Assembly (NCBI GenBank): GCA_965248265.1
Contig: CBDFJF010000002.1
Location: 2,272,001-2,336,000, forward strand
Reading direction: 5' to 3'
Length of the DNA stretch: 64,000 bases
From: Candidatus Latescibacterota bacterium
GTDB taxonomy: Bacteria > Latescibacterota > UBA2968 > UBA8231
Shown here: positions 18,930-28,559 of the stretch, in pieces
Layout: every line of letters starts with the position of its first letter
Position numbering within the stretch: the stretch's first letter is position 1
The notes under the pieces: generated by a model
Databases searched by the model: none
What the model was told of the DNA's origin: nothing
Seen by the model: the letters and a program-made list of their open reading frames with translations, nothing else
Translations under genes and position numbers: made by a program

Positions 18930-21386
18930 CTATTCGAACCACATCGTGCCGAATCGCTCAACGTTGTGGAACGAGCCGAACGTCGGGCGCCAGGTCGAGA
19001 GTTCGCGCTGCCACCCATCCTTGCCAACCATCTTGTAGAAATGGTTCCTGCAGAAATTAGCCAACCACGGTTTGTCCTTCGTGGGGTGGGTGAGGTCAAG
19101 CGAGGCCAGCGGAATCACCAGTTCCGCCGTCCACTCGTTCTCAGCCGTTGACGCCTCGTACACCACCCCGCGGGCATCCCATCTCATCATGCCCTTGTTG
19201 AATGGGGTGGTCCTGTCCGGGTGGAAGTTGTCCGTGTAGATGTTGTCCGGCCCGACGACGAACTGGTACTTCTTGACTCCCTGGACAAAGAACAATTCGC
19301 AGCTGTCGTCGGCCATCCAGATCGAGTCGTCCTCGCTCCCGGGTGGGAGCGTTCGACGAGGCGGGAGCCCGCTCAGCGATGCGCGAATCCCCACGTAGAG
19401 GTTCTCATCGTCCCGCACAAAGCGCATCTCCGTCTGACCATGCACATCCACGCGGTTGAAGCTGTCGCAGAAGTTCCCTGCCACGGCCGCGGTGCGCCAG
19501 AACGCATCGGTGAGTTTGCCGTCGACGATCGGCTTGCCGACAGCCACCTTGACACTGATTGCGTCGTTCTCGACCTCCCTCTGTAGTGCGGCACTCAAGC
19601 GCTCGCTCGCGGCTTCAAAGGGCAGGAAGCCTTTCAGTGTTCGAGCGGCGCGTGCATGATAGGGCTGCTGCCCCCGCGAGACCCGTTCCGCCTCTCTGAG
19701 ATACTCCATGGCCTTCTGCACGAATGCCTCGGGATAGACCTGACCCCAGACACTTCTGTAGTCCCAGAGTTCGGACTTGTTGTTGGGGTCCATGTACGCC
19801 GCTTCCATCACCTCATAGAACTGCTGGACCGAAGGACCGGCCGGCCCGTAGAACTCTTCATAGAACTCGGCCAGCATAGCATCGACGTCCTGATCCAGAT
19901 TCCACATCAGCTTCATGGCGATGTAGACGTTGAGCGAGTCGAAGATCCAGTCCGCCCAGCTCCCGTGGCCGGTGATGTCGACGCCCTCGCTGTCGTACTT
20001 GGTGAACGCGAGCACGCGCCCTTTCACGCGGCCGCGCTCCAGCGCGAACCAATCCTGAATCACGTGCGGGAAGATGGTCGGCGCGCCGTACGTGCCTTTG
20101 TCGTAGCGCGGATTGTTCCAGTAATCCCAGACATAGATGTGGTCTGTCTTCTCGGACCAGTCCGTGATGCGCTCCAGATGGGACGCTCTCGCGTTCGCAT
20201 CGGTCGCGAGATTCTGTGAGGCGGAACCGATGCATAGTGTTACTCCTATGTTCGACTCCAGATCGACGTTCTCTGGTATTGCCGAGTAATCGGAGTATGA
20301 GGCGCAGGTGATGACGCGCTCAGGGTGGGTCTTTCGAACCTCACGGGCCACTCTGTTGACGAAACCCCAGACGTAATCACTGTGCCGCGCACCACTGGGC
20401 TTCTCGTCGTCGACCTCAGCCTGGCAGTCCTCGCACCTGCACATGTGCGCTCCCATGCTGTCGCCGGGCATGACGGACGAGTAGCGCAGCCAGGGCTTGT
20501 CGTCGAATTCCTTCCGCTTGTCGGCGATCGTCTGCGCCAGAACGAACTCGTCACTGAAGCAGACGTGGCCGCCCATACTGCCCTCCTGGATCAGCGTGTG
20601 TCCGGCGTCTTGCAGCGCGAACCACTCGGGATGCTCCTCGCCGAAGCGACTCGGCCAGTCGTTGAACGAGTGCATGCCGATCGGGCTGCCACCCGGAGCT
20701 CCCCAGCGCATGCGGCGCCACCATTTCCACATGTCCTCGTGGGTGAAATCCGCCTCGTCGTGATACGAGTTGAACGCAAACCGCGTGTCGAAGGTCGGTG
20801 CACCGCCCCAGCGTACCCCGTCCACAGCCAGTGTCGCGTGTTTCGGCACGACCCGGCCCAGCTCGCCAGGCCAGTACCAACGCACACCGACGACGCGTTC
20901 GAGAAACTCATAGACCGCATACAGCGTGCCGAAGGGAAGTAGCGCGTTGGACACGGGACCCGGGTCGTACTCCGAATCGCCGCCGCTCAACAGCAGGGCC
21001 TGACCGGCGCGCGATACGACCCAGTTGTCAGGCGCCAGATAGCGTGGTGCCAGCCCCAAGCGCTCCGTCAGTTGGGTCGCACCCACCTGGATCGTCGGTC
21101 CCGTGATCGGCTGGCCGTCCTCGGCCACGGGCAGCTGGGTGCCCGTGCTGAGCTCGAGATGCTCGTTCAGTTCCTGTACTGCATAGCGAACCGTTTGGGT
21201 GGCGTTTCTGCCGATCACGATGGTCGCCGCAGGCTTGCCGTCCCGGACCAGGACGAGGGACCCGCTTGCCGGTTCCAGGCCGGCGACTCGGTTGGGCTGC
21301 TGTGGGGGGGAATCCTTTGAGACTAAGGTGCCCGGACGGACGACCAGACAGCAGACGGCGAGTGCGATGAGGCGGAAGAGTCTCAT
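18930..21386 (-). CDS. Secreted DUF4838 protein with C-terminal CBM9-like sugar-binding domain
   Basis: Signal peptide, GTLYAVYEFLE..GVRWYWPG, HPEWFAL, CRCEDC, DGKLTD..W, WTAELVIP, WLANFCR. Confidence 0.8.
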   Translation of the reverse strand: MRLFRLIALAVCCLVVRPGTLVSKDSPPQQPNRVAGLEPASGSLVLVRDGKPAATIVIGRNATQTVRYAVQELNEHLELSTGTQLPVAEDGQPITGPTIQVGATQLTERLGLAPRYLAPDNWVVSRAGQALLLSGGDSEYDPGPVSNALLPFGTLYAVYEFLERVVGVRWYWPGELGRVVPKHATLAVDGVRWGGAPTFDTRFAFNSYHDEADFTHEDMWKWWRRMRWGAPGGSPIGMHSFNDWPSRFGEEHPEWFALQDAGHTLIQEGSMGGHVCFSDEFVLAQTIADKRKEFDDKPWLRYSSVMPGDSMGAHMCRCEDCQAEVDDEKPSGARHSDYVWGFVNRVAREVRKTHPERVITCASYSDYSAIPENVDLESNIGVTLCIGSASQNLATDANARASHLERITDWSEKTDHIYVWDYWNNPRYDKGTYGAPTIFPHVIQDWFALERGRVKGRVLAFTKYDSEGVDITGHGSWADWIFDSLNVYIAMKLMWNLDQDVDAMLAEFYEEFYGPAGPSVQQFYEVMEAAYMDPNNKSELWDYRSVWGQVYPEAFVQKAMEYLREAERVSRGQQPYHARAARTLKGFLPFEAASERLSAALQREVENDAISVKVAVGKPIVDGKLTDAFWRTAAVAGNFCDSFNRVDVHGQTEMRFVRDDENLYVGIRASLSGLPPRRTLPPGSEDDSIWMADDSCELFFVQGVKKYQFVVGPDNIYTDNFHPDRTTPFNKGMMRWDARGVVYEASTAENEWTAELVIPLASLDLTHPTKDKPWLANFCRNHFYKMVGKDGWQRELSTWRPTFGSFHNVERFGTMWFE

Positions 21387-21422
21387 GTGTTGGCCTCCTT
21401 GTGTCGCGTGTTGTGCACAGAT

Positions 21423-21836
21423 CTACTCTCTGACGTTCGCGCCCAACTGCTCCAGCAACCCGAGACCGTCCCAGTTGTCCCAGCCTTCCATGATCTGGCC
21501 ATCGACCATGCGGTCGAAGCTCATCCCGGTGACTTTGATGCGCTTGCTGGTAGGCGCAATGCCTTCGTACACACCCTTGTGCGTTCCAGTCAGTGTCCAG
21601 CGCGTAGCTACCTTGTCGCCTTCCGCGACCACGTCCTCGAGGTCGATGTGGATGTCTGGGAAGGCCTCGAGCAGCATGTTCCACTGCGCTTTGAAGGCGT
21701 CGAGCGAAGTCCCGAAGTTGGGATTGTGCCCTACGGCATCAGCGGCGATGTAGTCGTCTGCCGCATCCACATTGGCCTGGTTCCAGACCTCCTCAAAGAA
21801 GGCGTGGACTCTTTCCTTGTTTGTTTTCACGGACAT
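21423..21836 (-). CDS. SnoaL-like ester cyclase
   Basis: FFEEVWN, AFPDI, AEGDKV..RWTLTGTHKG..GIAPT, WD.LGLLEQLG. Confidence 0.9.
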   Translation of the reverse strand: MSVKTNKERVHAFFEEVWNQANVDAADDYIAADAVGHNPNFGTSLDAFKAQWNMLLEAFPDIHIDLEDVVAEGDKVATRWTLTGTHKGVYEGIAPTSKRIKVTGMSFDRMVDGQIMEGWDNWDGLGLLEQLGANVRE

Positions 21837-21948
21837 GCACGTCCCCCTCGATTCAAGTTGGTAGTGTCGTTGCGTGGAAACCATAACGACCGGCGCGGGT
21901 GTTGGCCAGCAGCTGACGCCGGAGTCGATGAACGACCGGGTGGAGTCC

Positions 21949-22960
21949 TCACAGATCGTGGAAGGGGTAGAGCTTGCGGCCCAAATTCTGGAAGCGGCTC
22001 TCAACGACTTCGGGCGCGTGAACGGAAGGTTCCGAAACAACATGGATGGCGCCCGCCCACGGCTCGAAACCGGCGCGAAAGTGACCAGCTGACGTGACGC
22101 CGATATAGCGCATCTTTTTCGGGTCGAGGTCGAGGGTGCGCGCGAAGGCGACGCCGTAGGGCTGTTCGCGATGACTCACTAACAACACGTGGACACCGTC
22201 CTGATGGATGTGGGCGGACGGCCCCATGTTGCCCTCTAAGCCGCGGTTTCTCGGCCCTTCATAACGAAAATGGCCATCTGACAGCGCCACCACTTCCGCG
22301 GTCATGGATACCGGCTCGCCCTGGACCGGCGTCGACTTTGCTCCGACCTCGATGTCGATGGTCGCGCCCACGCCGATTTTGCGGCATTCCTCCACCGCCT
22401 CCGGGTCGACGATGTAGAGGATGCAGGCGTCCTGCAGTTTTTCCTCGACGAACGTTCGCAACATGCCCGTGCTGTCGCCGGGAGAACCGCCCCCCGTGTT
22501 GTCACTGCGATCCGCGAAGATGACCGGGTAGTGACCGGCCTTATCTGACTCGGCGAGACACTCTCGCGTCGAAAACCACTCATTCTGCCAGTCAGCCCGG
22601 CGCTCCCAGAGAACCGCAGACCACACCCGGGCGAGCTTCGATCTCGTGCAGCCGGACGATCGCATCTTTCATGGGTGGATGGTCGGTGATCTGGTTCATT
22701 CCGCAGACCAGGGGCAGCTGGTGCAACGCCATCGTGGGGCGCAGACCCTGCTGGAGCGCGCGGTGCATGATCTGGGCGCAATCGCGCCCACGATCCTCCT
22801 GGTCGATCTCGGGGTACGTCTCATGGCCGATCAGCACATCCGCCATCGCCACCATGGCGCCGTGCAGGTCGAGGAGGACGCCGTCGAGCGGACCAGCGGC
22901 TCGCATCCGCTCCAGCATGTCGCCGAGGATTTCATCGAAGACAGAGCGCGGGTGGGCATC
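21949..22960 (-). pseudogene. MlrC (M81 metallopeptidase) remnant: 5' truncated, internal deletions, frameshift
   Basis: LDGVLLDLHGAM and ETYPEID in one frame, ADRSDNTGGGSPGDST in another; the DLHAN segment is missing. Confidence 0.85.
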
Positions 22961-22968
22961 TGTCGCTA

Positions 22969-23394
22969 GTCCTCGGCGCCACGGGAGACGATGGGGATCC
23001 CGATACCAAGGACACAATCGATCAGGTGAGTAGCCGCGTCGCGGCCGTGGTGGCGTATTTTCCGCCGACCGACTTGCGTCTGTGGGTGAATCCCGGATCG
23101 CTGTACTACGAGAGATTTCCCGCTTTGCGGTTTGACCCCGACCGGGCAGACGAGGTGTCGCCGGCGCTGCACGCCAGTATGGACGACGCACCGATGTTGT
23201 TGATCCACGGAGATAAGGACGAACTTGTGCCCATCAAGCATAGCGAGCAGATGCTTGCGGCGTGCAAGGACAATAACGTCGAATGCGAATTAGTGGTCAT
23301 CGAGGGCGCGGCTCATGAATTCAGTGGCAGCGATGCGAATCGTGCCGCGGAAGCAAGGCTGGCGTGGTTTGAGAAGCACCTGAAGTCGCAGTGA
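22969..23394 (+). pseudogene. C-terminal fragment of an alpha/beta-hydrolase esterase
   Basis: SSRVAAVVAYFPPTD, LLIHGDKDELVP, GAAHEF; nucleophile GxSxG region absent. Confidence 0.8.
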
Positions 23395-23494
23395 GGCTGT
23401 ATGTCCAGGGTCGTATTGGGTGACAGGCTGTCGGACTTGTAGGACGCACGACGGTGTTCGGTGAAGGCATCCATGATGAGGAACACCCAAGGAC

Positions 23495-23568
23495 GGAAGT
23501 ACAAGAGCCCTTTTTGGTGATTCACGAGTCTCGACGTGAGTATTTGGCGCCATCGGGGGGTAGGATCG
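23495..23568 (-). repeat. Repeat R copy 1 (short, degenerate); putative IS91/ISCR oriIS end
   Basis: ggaagtacaagagccctttttggtgattcacgagtctcgacgtgagtatttggcgccatcggggggtaggatcg matches copies 2-4; terminal 5 nt missing. Confidence 0.85.
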
Positions 23569-23582
23569 CGCCTGTTGCCAGC

Positions 23583-25574
23583 TCAGTACACGCGCAACGT
23601 GTTGCCCACCGTGCCGGTCAGGACATCGACGACGAGCCAGCAGCCGCCGACGACGATCTGACCGAGGGCGACGCCCATGAAGAAGGGCACGGTCCGGCGG
23701 TAGAGGGCGGCCCCCCCGAACCTGAGGACGATCGCTTTGATCAGCCACGCGAGAAAGATCGAGCACCAGATCTGACTCATGACCCAACCCATGCTCGCGG
23801 CAAAACCGATGGGATGCAACGGCCACCAGATCCAATGGTTGCGAACGAAGATCAGGACGCCCATCAGGAAGGCGCCGGCGCCGGTCCAGAGCCAGCCGAT
23901 GAAATCGGGGCCGGTCGGGTTGAGGATTTTCTGCATGGCGAACTTGGAGGGATTATCGGCAAAGCCGGTGAAGTACTGTGCGTGGAGGTTTACGGCGCCA
24001 TGAGTATAGGCCAGGTGCAGGGTGTACCAGGTGGAAACAGTCAGGCTGATGAACATGGCCGCGGCAATGCCCCAGAGCAGGCGGCGGCGGTTGCCGCGCA
24101 GTTCGGAATCCAGGTCGCTGCCAAGGCGCATGGCATTGACCAGAGGGGCGGTCATGAAGACGAGCATATCGCCGATCCAGACGACGGTATAGCCCAATGC
24201 GACCAGGCCCTTGATACCCAGGGCCGGCACGCCGACGGCGCTGACGGCGAATCCGCTGGGTACCATACCGGGGGTAATCGTCGGGGTCCCCACCTCGGCG
24301 ACTATGCGCGCCAGGGCCACGAGAATACAGAGGGCGGTGACGACGACGAGCGCGGCGATCCACAAGGGCAGCCCGCTCTGCCACAGCCACAGGGTCATCA
24401 TCGTCGCGCCCATCGCGAACCCGCCGATACAGAAGCGGTACGAGGCCATCTCACCGGTTTCTCGTCCCGGCCGCCAGGCTTTGCGTAAGACATCCGCCAG
24501 ATGGGCGCGCGCCGTCCACAAGCCGTAGCCGACGAGTACCGCCAGAGCTCCCATCATCTGGTGCCCTATCCCCGCGATAGACCACTCGCCGAGCTGATCG
24601 CTGTGGTTGAGGTGCAGGCTGCGGAGAAGGCCGTCTTCCAGCGCGTGCAGCAGGTAAAAGACCCAGAGGCTGAGGGAGAGCTGGGTGCCGATGAGATAGG
24701 CGAAGCCGAGCATGATGAAGTTGATGCCGATGCTCAGCGTGACGCTGTCGCGCACAAAGGTCAGCTGGGTTCGCAAGGTCGGGGAGGGCACGCCGGGAAA
24801 GTAGTGCTGCAGAGCCTCGAGGCTGCCGAGGACGAAAGGGATCGCCAGGCCGATCCAGATAAGGGGATTGCGGAAGAAGGGTTTGAGCAGCCTGCCACCC
24901 TCGTCCTGGATCATGGCCAGGGGAACCTGCGCCATCGGATAGGCCAGGCGCTCGTTGTCGACCCATTGGCGCCGCAAGATGCTCATCAACGAAATCAGGG
25001 TCAGGTAAAACGCCGCGTAGAACAGGAGCCAGCTACCCAGAGGTAAGAGCCAGGCGGACCAGGGAATTCGAGCGCCGCGTCCCTGGCCTTCGTAGAAGGC
25101 GTTGATGGCCTCCTCGTCGGCGACAACCATCCAGCTTGCCAGGTGCGGATGAATCAGCGTGGCCCACTGATTTTCGGGCGTGGCGTAGTAGAAGGTGCCG
25201 GTGATCATCGGCAGCAGCATACCGACGACGCCGCGGGTGGGTATGGCGGTGGCGACGGCCATCATGACGAAGATCGTCAGCAATTCGCCGCGGCTGAAGG
25301 CCCAGGCGCGCTTGAGTGCGCCGAGGAAAAGGTGCAGGGTCAACAGCAATACGAAAAGCAGGAAGAAGGCTGCCGGCGTGACCGAGCTCAACCCCATGCG
25401 GGTGCCCTGGATGACCATGCTGCCGTAGGGAACACCTACGGCGATAAACCCCGCCAACCCGCAACCGCAGATAATTGCCCGCATGGTGACACCTGAGGAG
25501 GCGTTGTCCCCGGTCACGGTCCTGTCGAGGTGGCCGCGGAAGTCGGTGGGAAGCTCTCGGCGCAAGGGGCTCAT
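23583..25574 (-). CDS. Polytopic membrane protein, DUF6785/DUF6784 putative peptide transporter (start may be about 60-90 nt downstream)
   Basis: 663 aa, many TM segments; YYATPENQW, LRRQWVDNERLAYP, WWPLHPIGF, PFFMGVALG. Confidence 0.8.
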   Translation of the reverse strand: MSPLRRELPTDFRGHLDRTVTGDNASSGVTMRAIICGCGLAGFIAVGVPYGSMVIQGTRMGLSSVTPAAFFLLFVLLLTLHLFLGALKRAWAFSRGELLTIFVMMAVATAIPTRGVVGMLLPMITGTFYYATPENQWATLIHPHLASWMVVADEEAINAFYEGQGRGARIPWSAWLLPLGSWLLFYAAFYLTLISLMSILRRQWVDNERLAYPMAQVPLAMIQDEGGRLLKPFFRNPLIWIGLAIPFVLGSLEALQHYFPGVPSPTLRTQLTFVRDSVTLSIGINFIMLGFAYLIGTQLSLSLWVFYLLHALEDGLLRSLHLNHSDQLGEWSIAGIGHQMMGALAVLVGYGLWTARAHLADVLRKAWRPGRETGEMASYRFCIGGFAMGATMMTLWLWQSGLPLWIAALVVVTALCILVALARIVAEVGTPTITPGMVPSGFAVSAVGVPALGIKGLVALGYTVVWIGDMLVFMTAPLVNAMRLGSDLDSELRGNRRRLLWGIAAAMFISLTVSTWYTLHLAYTHGAVNLHAQYFTGFADNPSKFAMQKILNPTGPDFIGWLWTGAGAFLMGVLIFVRNHWIWWPLHPIGFAASMGWVMSQIWCSIFLAWLIKAIVLRFGGAALYRRTVPFFMGVALGQIVVGGCWLVVDVLTGTVGNTLRVY

Positions 25575-25654
25575 CCGCTGAAGGCGTGATTATCGGTCAT
25601 GCGGGTCGAGGGGCGAGTCCGTCGCGAATAGCAAAGGCTCTCCTTTTTCCGAAC

Positions 25655-25804
25655 GTTTAGGAAGTACAAGAGCCCTTTTTCTTGATTCACGAGTCCGGAC
25701 GTGAGTATTTGGCGCCATCGGTGGGTAGGATCGGATACATCACAGGTGGCCGGCCCACCGGAGGCCTGTACATGATGACCATCCTGCAGTGACGGTGCTC
25801 CACT
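25655..25804 (-). repeat. Repeat R copy 2 (150 bp); putative IS91/ISCR oriIS end next to GTTC
   Basis: 147/150 identical to 32707..32856 by manual comparison; flank gaac at 25651-25654 reads GTTC on the minus strand. Confidence 0.9.
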
Positions 25805-25820
25805 TTCCCATTTTTGCCAA

Positions 25821-26021
25821 GCCGGATTGTCGTGCAGATCGAGCAGCGGTGCCACGCCCAACGCGACCAGAGTCGGTGTTGAGGGAGGGCATTCGCTGGA
25901 ATCCTGCCTGAAATACTGCGTTCGCAGCTAACCGGATCGACTCAGGCGCTGCAGTTGGAGCACGGGGCCATGGGTCGTAGTAGACGACATCGCCCGTGCG
26001 CGTGAAGAAGCTCGGCGAAAG
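25821..26021. repeat. Direct repeat D copy 1 (about 200 bp)
   Basis: About 6 differences (2 indels) from 27669..27867. Confidence 0.92.
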
Positions 26022-26074
26022 ATGTCTCAGCCGCCGAACCGGTTTTGACAGCTGCCCAGTTGGCGGATTCGGCC

Positions 26075-27451
26075 TCAACCGGTCTGCGATTGCCAGGGCC
26101 CCGTGATGGCCAGCGTGATGCCCGGACTCTGGATGTTCACGTAGAGCGTCCTGCCGTCCGCCGAAAAGGTGGCCCCGGCGAACTCGGACCCGTTGTAGGC
26201 GTTGCGCCCGAACTTGTAGAGCTCGCCGTCGGGTGTTACGCCGACGAGGAACTGCTGCTCCGGACCGTCTTCGCACAGGATGAGATCGCCCCACGGAGTC
26301 ACCGTCACGTTGTCCGCGTTCTCTACGAGGTCGGTGTCGTTGGGCTCGATAAAGAGCTCGAGCGTGCCCGGCGCGCTGGATTCGTCGGCCGTGCCCTCGT
26401 GCGCACTCGGCATGTAGCGCCAGATCTGTCCCTTCTTTTTAGCGCCACCGTTCGTGCAGGCGAAATACACCGCCTCACGTCCATACCACATGCCTTCACC
26501 ACGGGCGAAGACGGCTGCCCCTTTGGCGTGCCCCTGGTAGCGCAGGTCGTTTTCGGGCGACTCGACGTTCTCGATGTCGATCCAGCGCACACTGAACTGC
26601 TCTCCCGGTTGCACCGAGTGCTCTTCCCAGTTGCGCGTGTCCAGGCCCGGGCGGTCGGCGACGACGAGGGCCTGTAGTCTGCCGCCCTCGGCCAGCCGCG
26701 CCGGCCGCTGCGGAATGTATCGGTAAATCAGGCTGTCACTGGTGTCTTCCGTCTGGTAGACGATTCCCGACCTCGGATCGACGGCGACGGCTTCGTGCAC
26801 GAACCGACCCATCTCACGGAGCGGCAGGGGCGCAGCCCGATGGGTCCGGGCCCTCACCGGCACTTCGAAGTTGTATCCGTGGTCCTTTTCGAGGTCGTCA
26901 CCGGCTTTTTGTGTGGTCTCTTCGCAGGTGATCCAGCTTCCCCAGGGGGTGGGCCCGCCGGCGCAATTGCCCACCGTGCCCGCCAGGCTCATGTAGTGAT
27001 GCTCGCGTTCTCCAGCGGCGCTGAGGACGATCGTGCTGGTACCGCCCATGGGAGGATGTCCATGGGCAAGGTCATAGAACGCCTCCTCCGGCAGCTTCTT
27101 CAACTGGAAATTCTCGAGTCCGGTATCGGTACACTCGTCGTAGTTGCGACTCAGCTCGTGGTTACAGACCAGAATCGTGCGGCCATCGCTGCCCGCGAAT
27201 GCCGCCATGGCATCGGGCGCTCCCGGCACCGGGAGACCGTCATCCATGGGGTCTCCCGTACGGGACAGCACGCGGTAGGAGAACGCTTCCGGCAGGTCGA
27301 TGATCCGGTGCGGGTCGGAGAACAGGCGGCCGTAGCCGAAGCGTTCGGTCATCAGGCCCTCAGCGGCCCAGGCGACGTGGCGCTGCAGACCGTGGAATCC
27401 AATGGTGATAGCAGCGGCAGATTTCAGGAAGTGGCGTCTCGTTACGGGCAT
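26075..27451 (-). CDS. phoX: PhoX-family (DUF839) alkaline phosphatase, Tat-exported
   Basis: TRRHFLK signal, NHE, NCAGGPTPWGSWITCEE, GRFVHEA, RGEG, DNVT, LCED, SEFAG..FS.DG..LYVNIQ.PG. Confidence 0.9.
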   Translation of the reverse strand: MPVTRRHFLKSAAAITIGFHGLQRHVAWAAEGLMTERFGYGRLFSDPHRIIDLPEAFSYRVLSRTGDPMDDGLPVPGAPDAMAAFAGSDGRTILVCNHELSRNYDECTDTGLENFQLKKLPEEAFYDLAHGHPPMGGTSTIVLSAAGEREHHYMSLAGTVGNCAGGPTPWGSWITCEETTQKAGDDLEKDHGYNFEVPVRARTHRAAPLPLREMGRFVHEAVAVDPRSGIVYQTEDTSDSLIYRYIPQRPARLAEGGRLQALVVADRPGLDTRNWEEHSVQPGEQFSVRWIDIENVESPENDLRYQGHAKGAAVFARGEGMWYGREAVYFACTNGGAKKKGQIWRYMPSAHEGTADESSAPGTLELFIEPNDTDLVENADNVTVTPWGDLILCEDGPEQQFLVGVTPDGELYKFGRNAYNGSEFAGATFSADGRTLYVNIQSPGITLAITGPWQSQTG

Positions 27452-27574
27452 GTCATGCTCCTTTCCTCGGCGCGGGCAGAGTAGTGCCCCGATCCGTACA
27501 ACACAAGTTAGAAACGATCACTGAACGTCTCACGCCACGGCCGGTTGATTTGTCGAGACGACATCTGCCCACCT

Positions 27575-27673
27575 GCTTTGGGTTACGGCGTCCCACAGGA
27601 GGAAGCCTATCCAGCTAGAGTGCAGGCACGCCTCGACTCGGCTCGGGATGCCGTTGCGCATCGTCAACGCCGG
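27575..27673 (+). pseudogene. Shard of a GDSL/TesA-like arylesterase
   Basis: LGYGVPQEEAYPARVQARLDSA, then frameshifted RIVNAG. Confidence 0.55.
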
Positions 27674-27867
27674 TTGTCGTGCAGATCGAGCAGCGGTGCC
27701 ACGCCCAATGCGACCAGAGTCGGCGTTGAGGGAGGGCATTCGCTGGACTCCTGCCTGAAATACTGCGTTCGCAGCTAACCGGATCGACTCAGGCGCTGCA
27801 GTTGGAGCACGGGGCCATAGGTCGTAGTAGACGACATCGCCCGTGCCGTGAAGAAGCTCGGCGAAAG
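27669..27867. repeat. Direct repeat D copy 2
   Basis: Same orientation as 25821..26021; the pair brackets phoX. Confidence 0.92.
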
Positions 27868-27905
27868 CGCCGACCATGTGGGATAGGCACTCTGTCCATC
27901 AGCTC

Positions 27906-28108
27906 TAGTGTCCCGTCGCAGAAATATGTCGATATTCTTCCGCCGATTCATCCCCGCTCGCGGCGTGGGACCGAACTCTTGGAGTTCGGCCTCGTCCCTG
28001 AGCGCCTTCGCTCGCCGTATCCGACTGATACGACTTGCTCAGGCGCCTTGCGAGCAGGGTCGCCTCGGCGGCCAAATTTTGTCAACCTATTTCTGCGACG
28101 GGACACTA
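27906..28108. mobile_element. MITE, IS630-type (about 200 bp, TA duplication in CTAG context)
   Basis: Perfect 19-bp terminal inverted repeats GTGTCCCGTCGCAGAAATA (27908-27926 and 28088-28106), TA on both sides, no transposase. Confidence 0.85.
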
Positions 28109-28109
28109 G

Positions 28110-28412
28110 GTGCTTGCCCATCAGATCGCAGCAGGCCATGTCGAGGTTGAACGGACCGGTACTCATCACGTGGTCGAAGGGATCCGTGCCGATGTAGGGA
28201 TCCAAAAACTCCTGTGCGAACGTGGGTCCGACGCTCTCGCCAAGGCCGACCAACCCAGTGTCTGTATGAAACTTGTAGAGTGTGACTTGCTCGGTCATGG
28301 CGAAATGATGGTACTGCTTGCGGATTCGCTCCTCGTAGGGAACCTGGAGCGGGACTTGACACTCCATCAGGACCAAGGGTATCCCGGTGTACGGGATCGC
28401 CAGCCGATTCAT
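28110..28412 (-). pseudogene. N-terminal fragment of a mandelate racemase/enolase-superfamily gene, ending at the MITE
   Basis: LYKFHTDTGLVGLGE, YIGTDPF, LDMACCDLMGKHL, then MITE sequence. Confidence 0.8.
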
Positions 28413-28559
28413 TCGATCGCATGTGGCCACGGGTTTGGGAGATGATGAAACAATGTCCACTATTGATCGAGTGCCAGTGCTGGCAGTGGAGAACCTGGAT
28501 CGGGACGACTATCTTGTCGCCGAAGGACTGACCGGGACGTAAGATCATTTCAAGCAGGG

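Noticed and set aside
25625-25650. Degenerate tandem R end (gaatagcaaaggctctcctttttcc)
   Set aside because: Only loose low-complexity similarity
25661-25792. Repeat R as a protein C-terminus (EVQEPFFLIHESGREYLAPSVGRIGYITGGRPTGGLYMMTILQ*)
   Set aside because: No start or shared upstream coding context, copy 4 has a frameshifting indel, and the sharp common end fits a mobile-element terminus better. Not fully excluded without BLASTX.
27481-27535. Pho box upstream of phoX
   Set aside because: No convincing CTGTCAT-type repeats at 11-bp spacing
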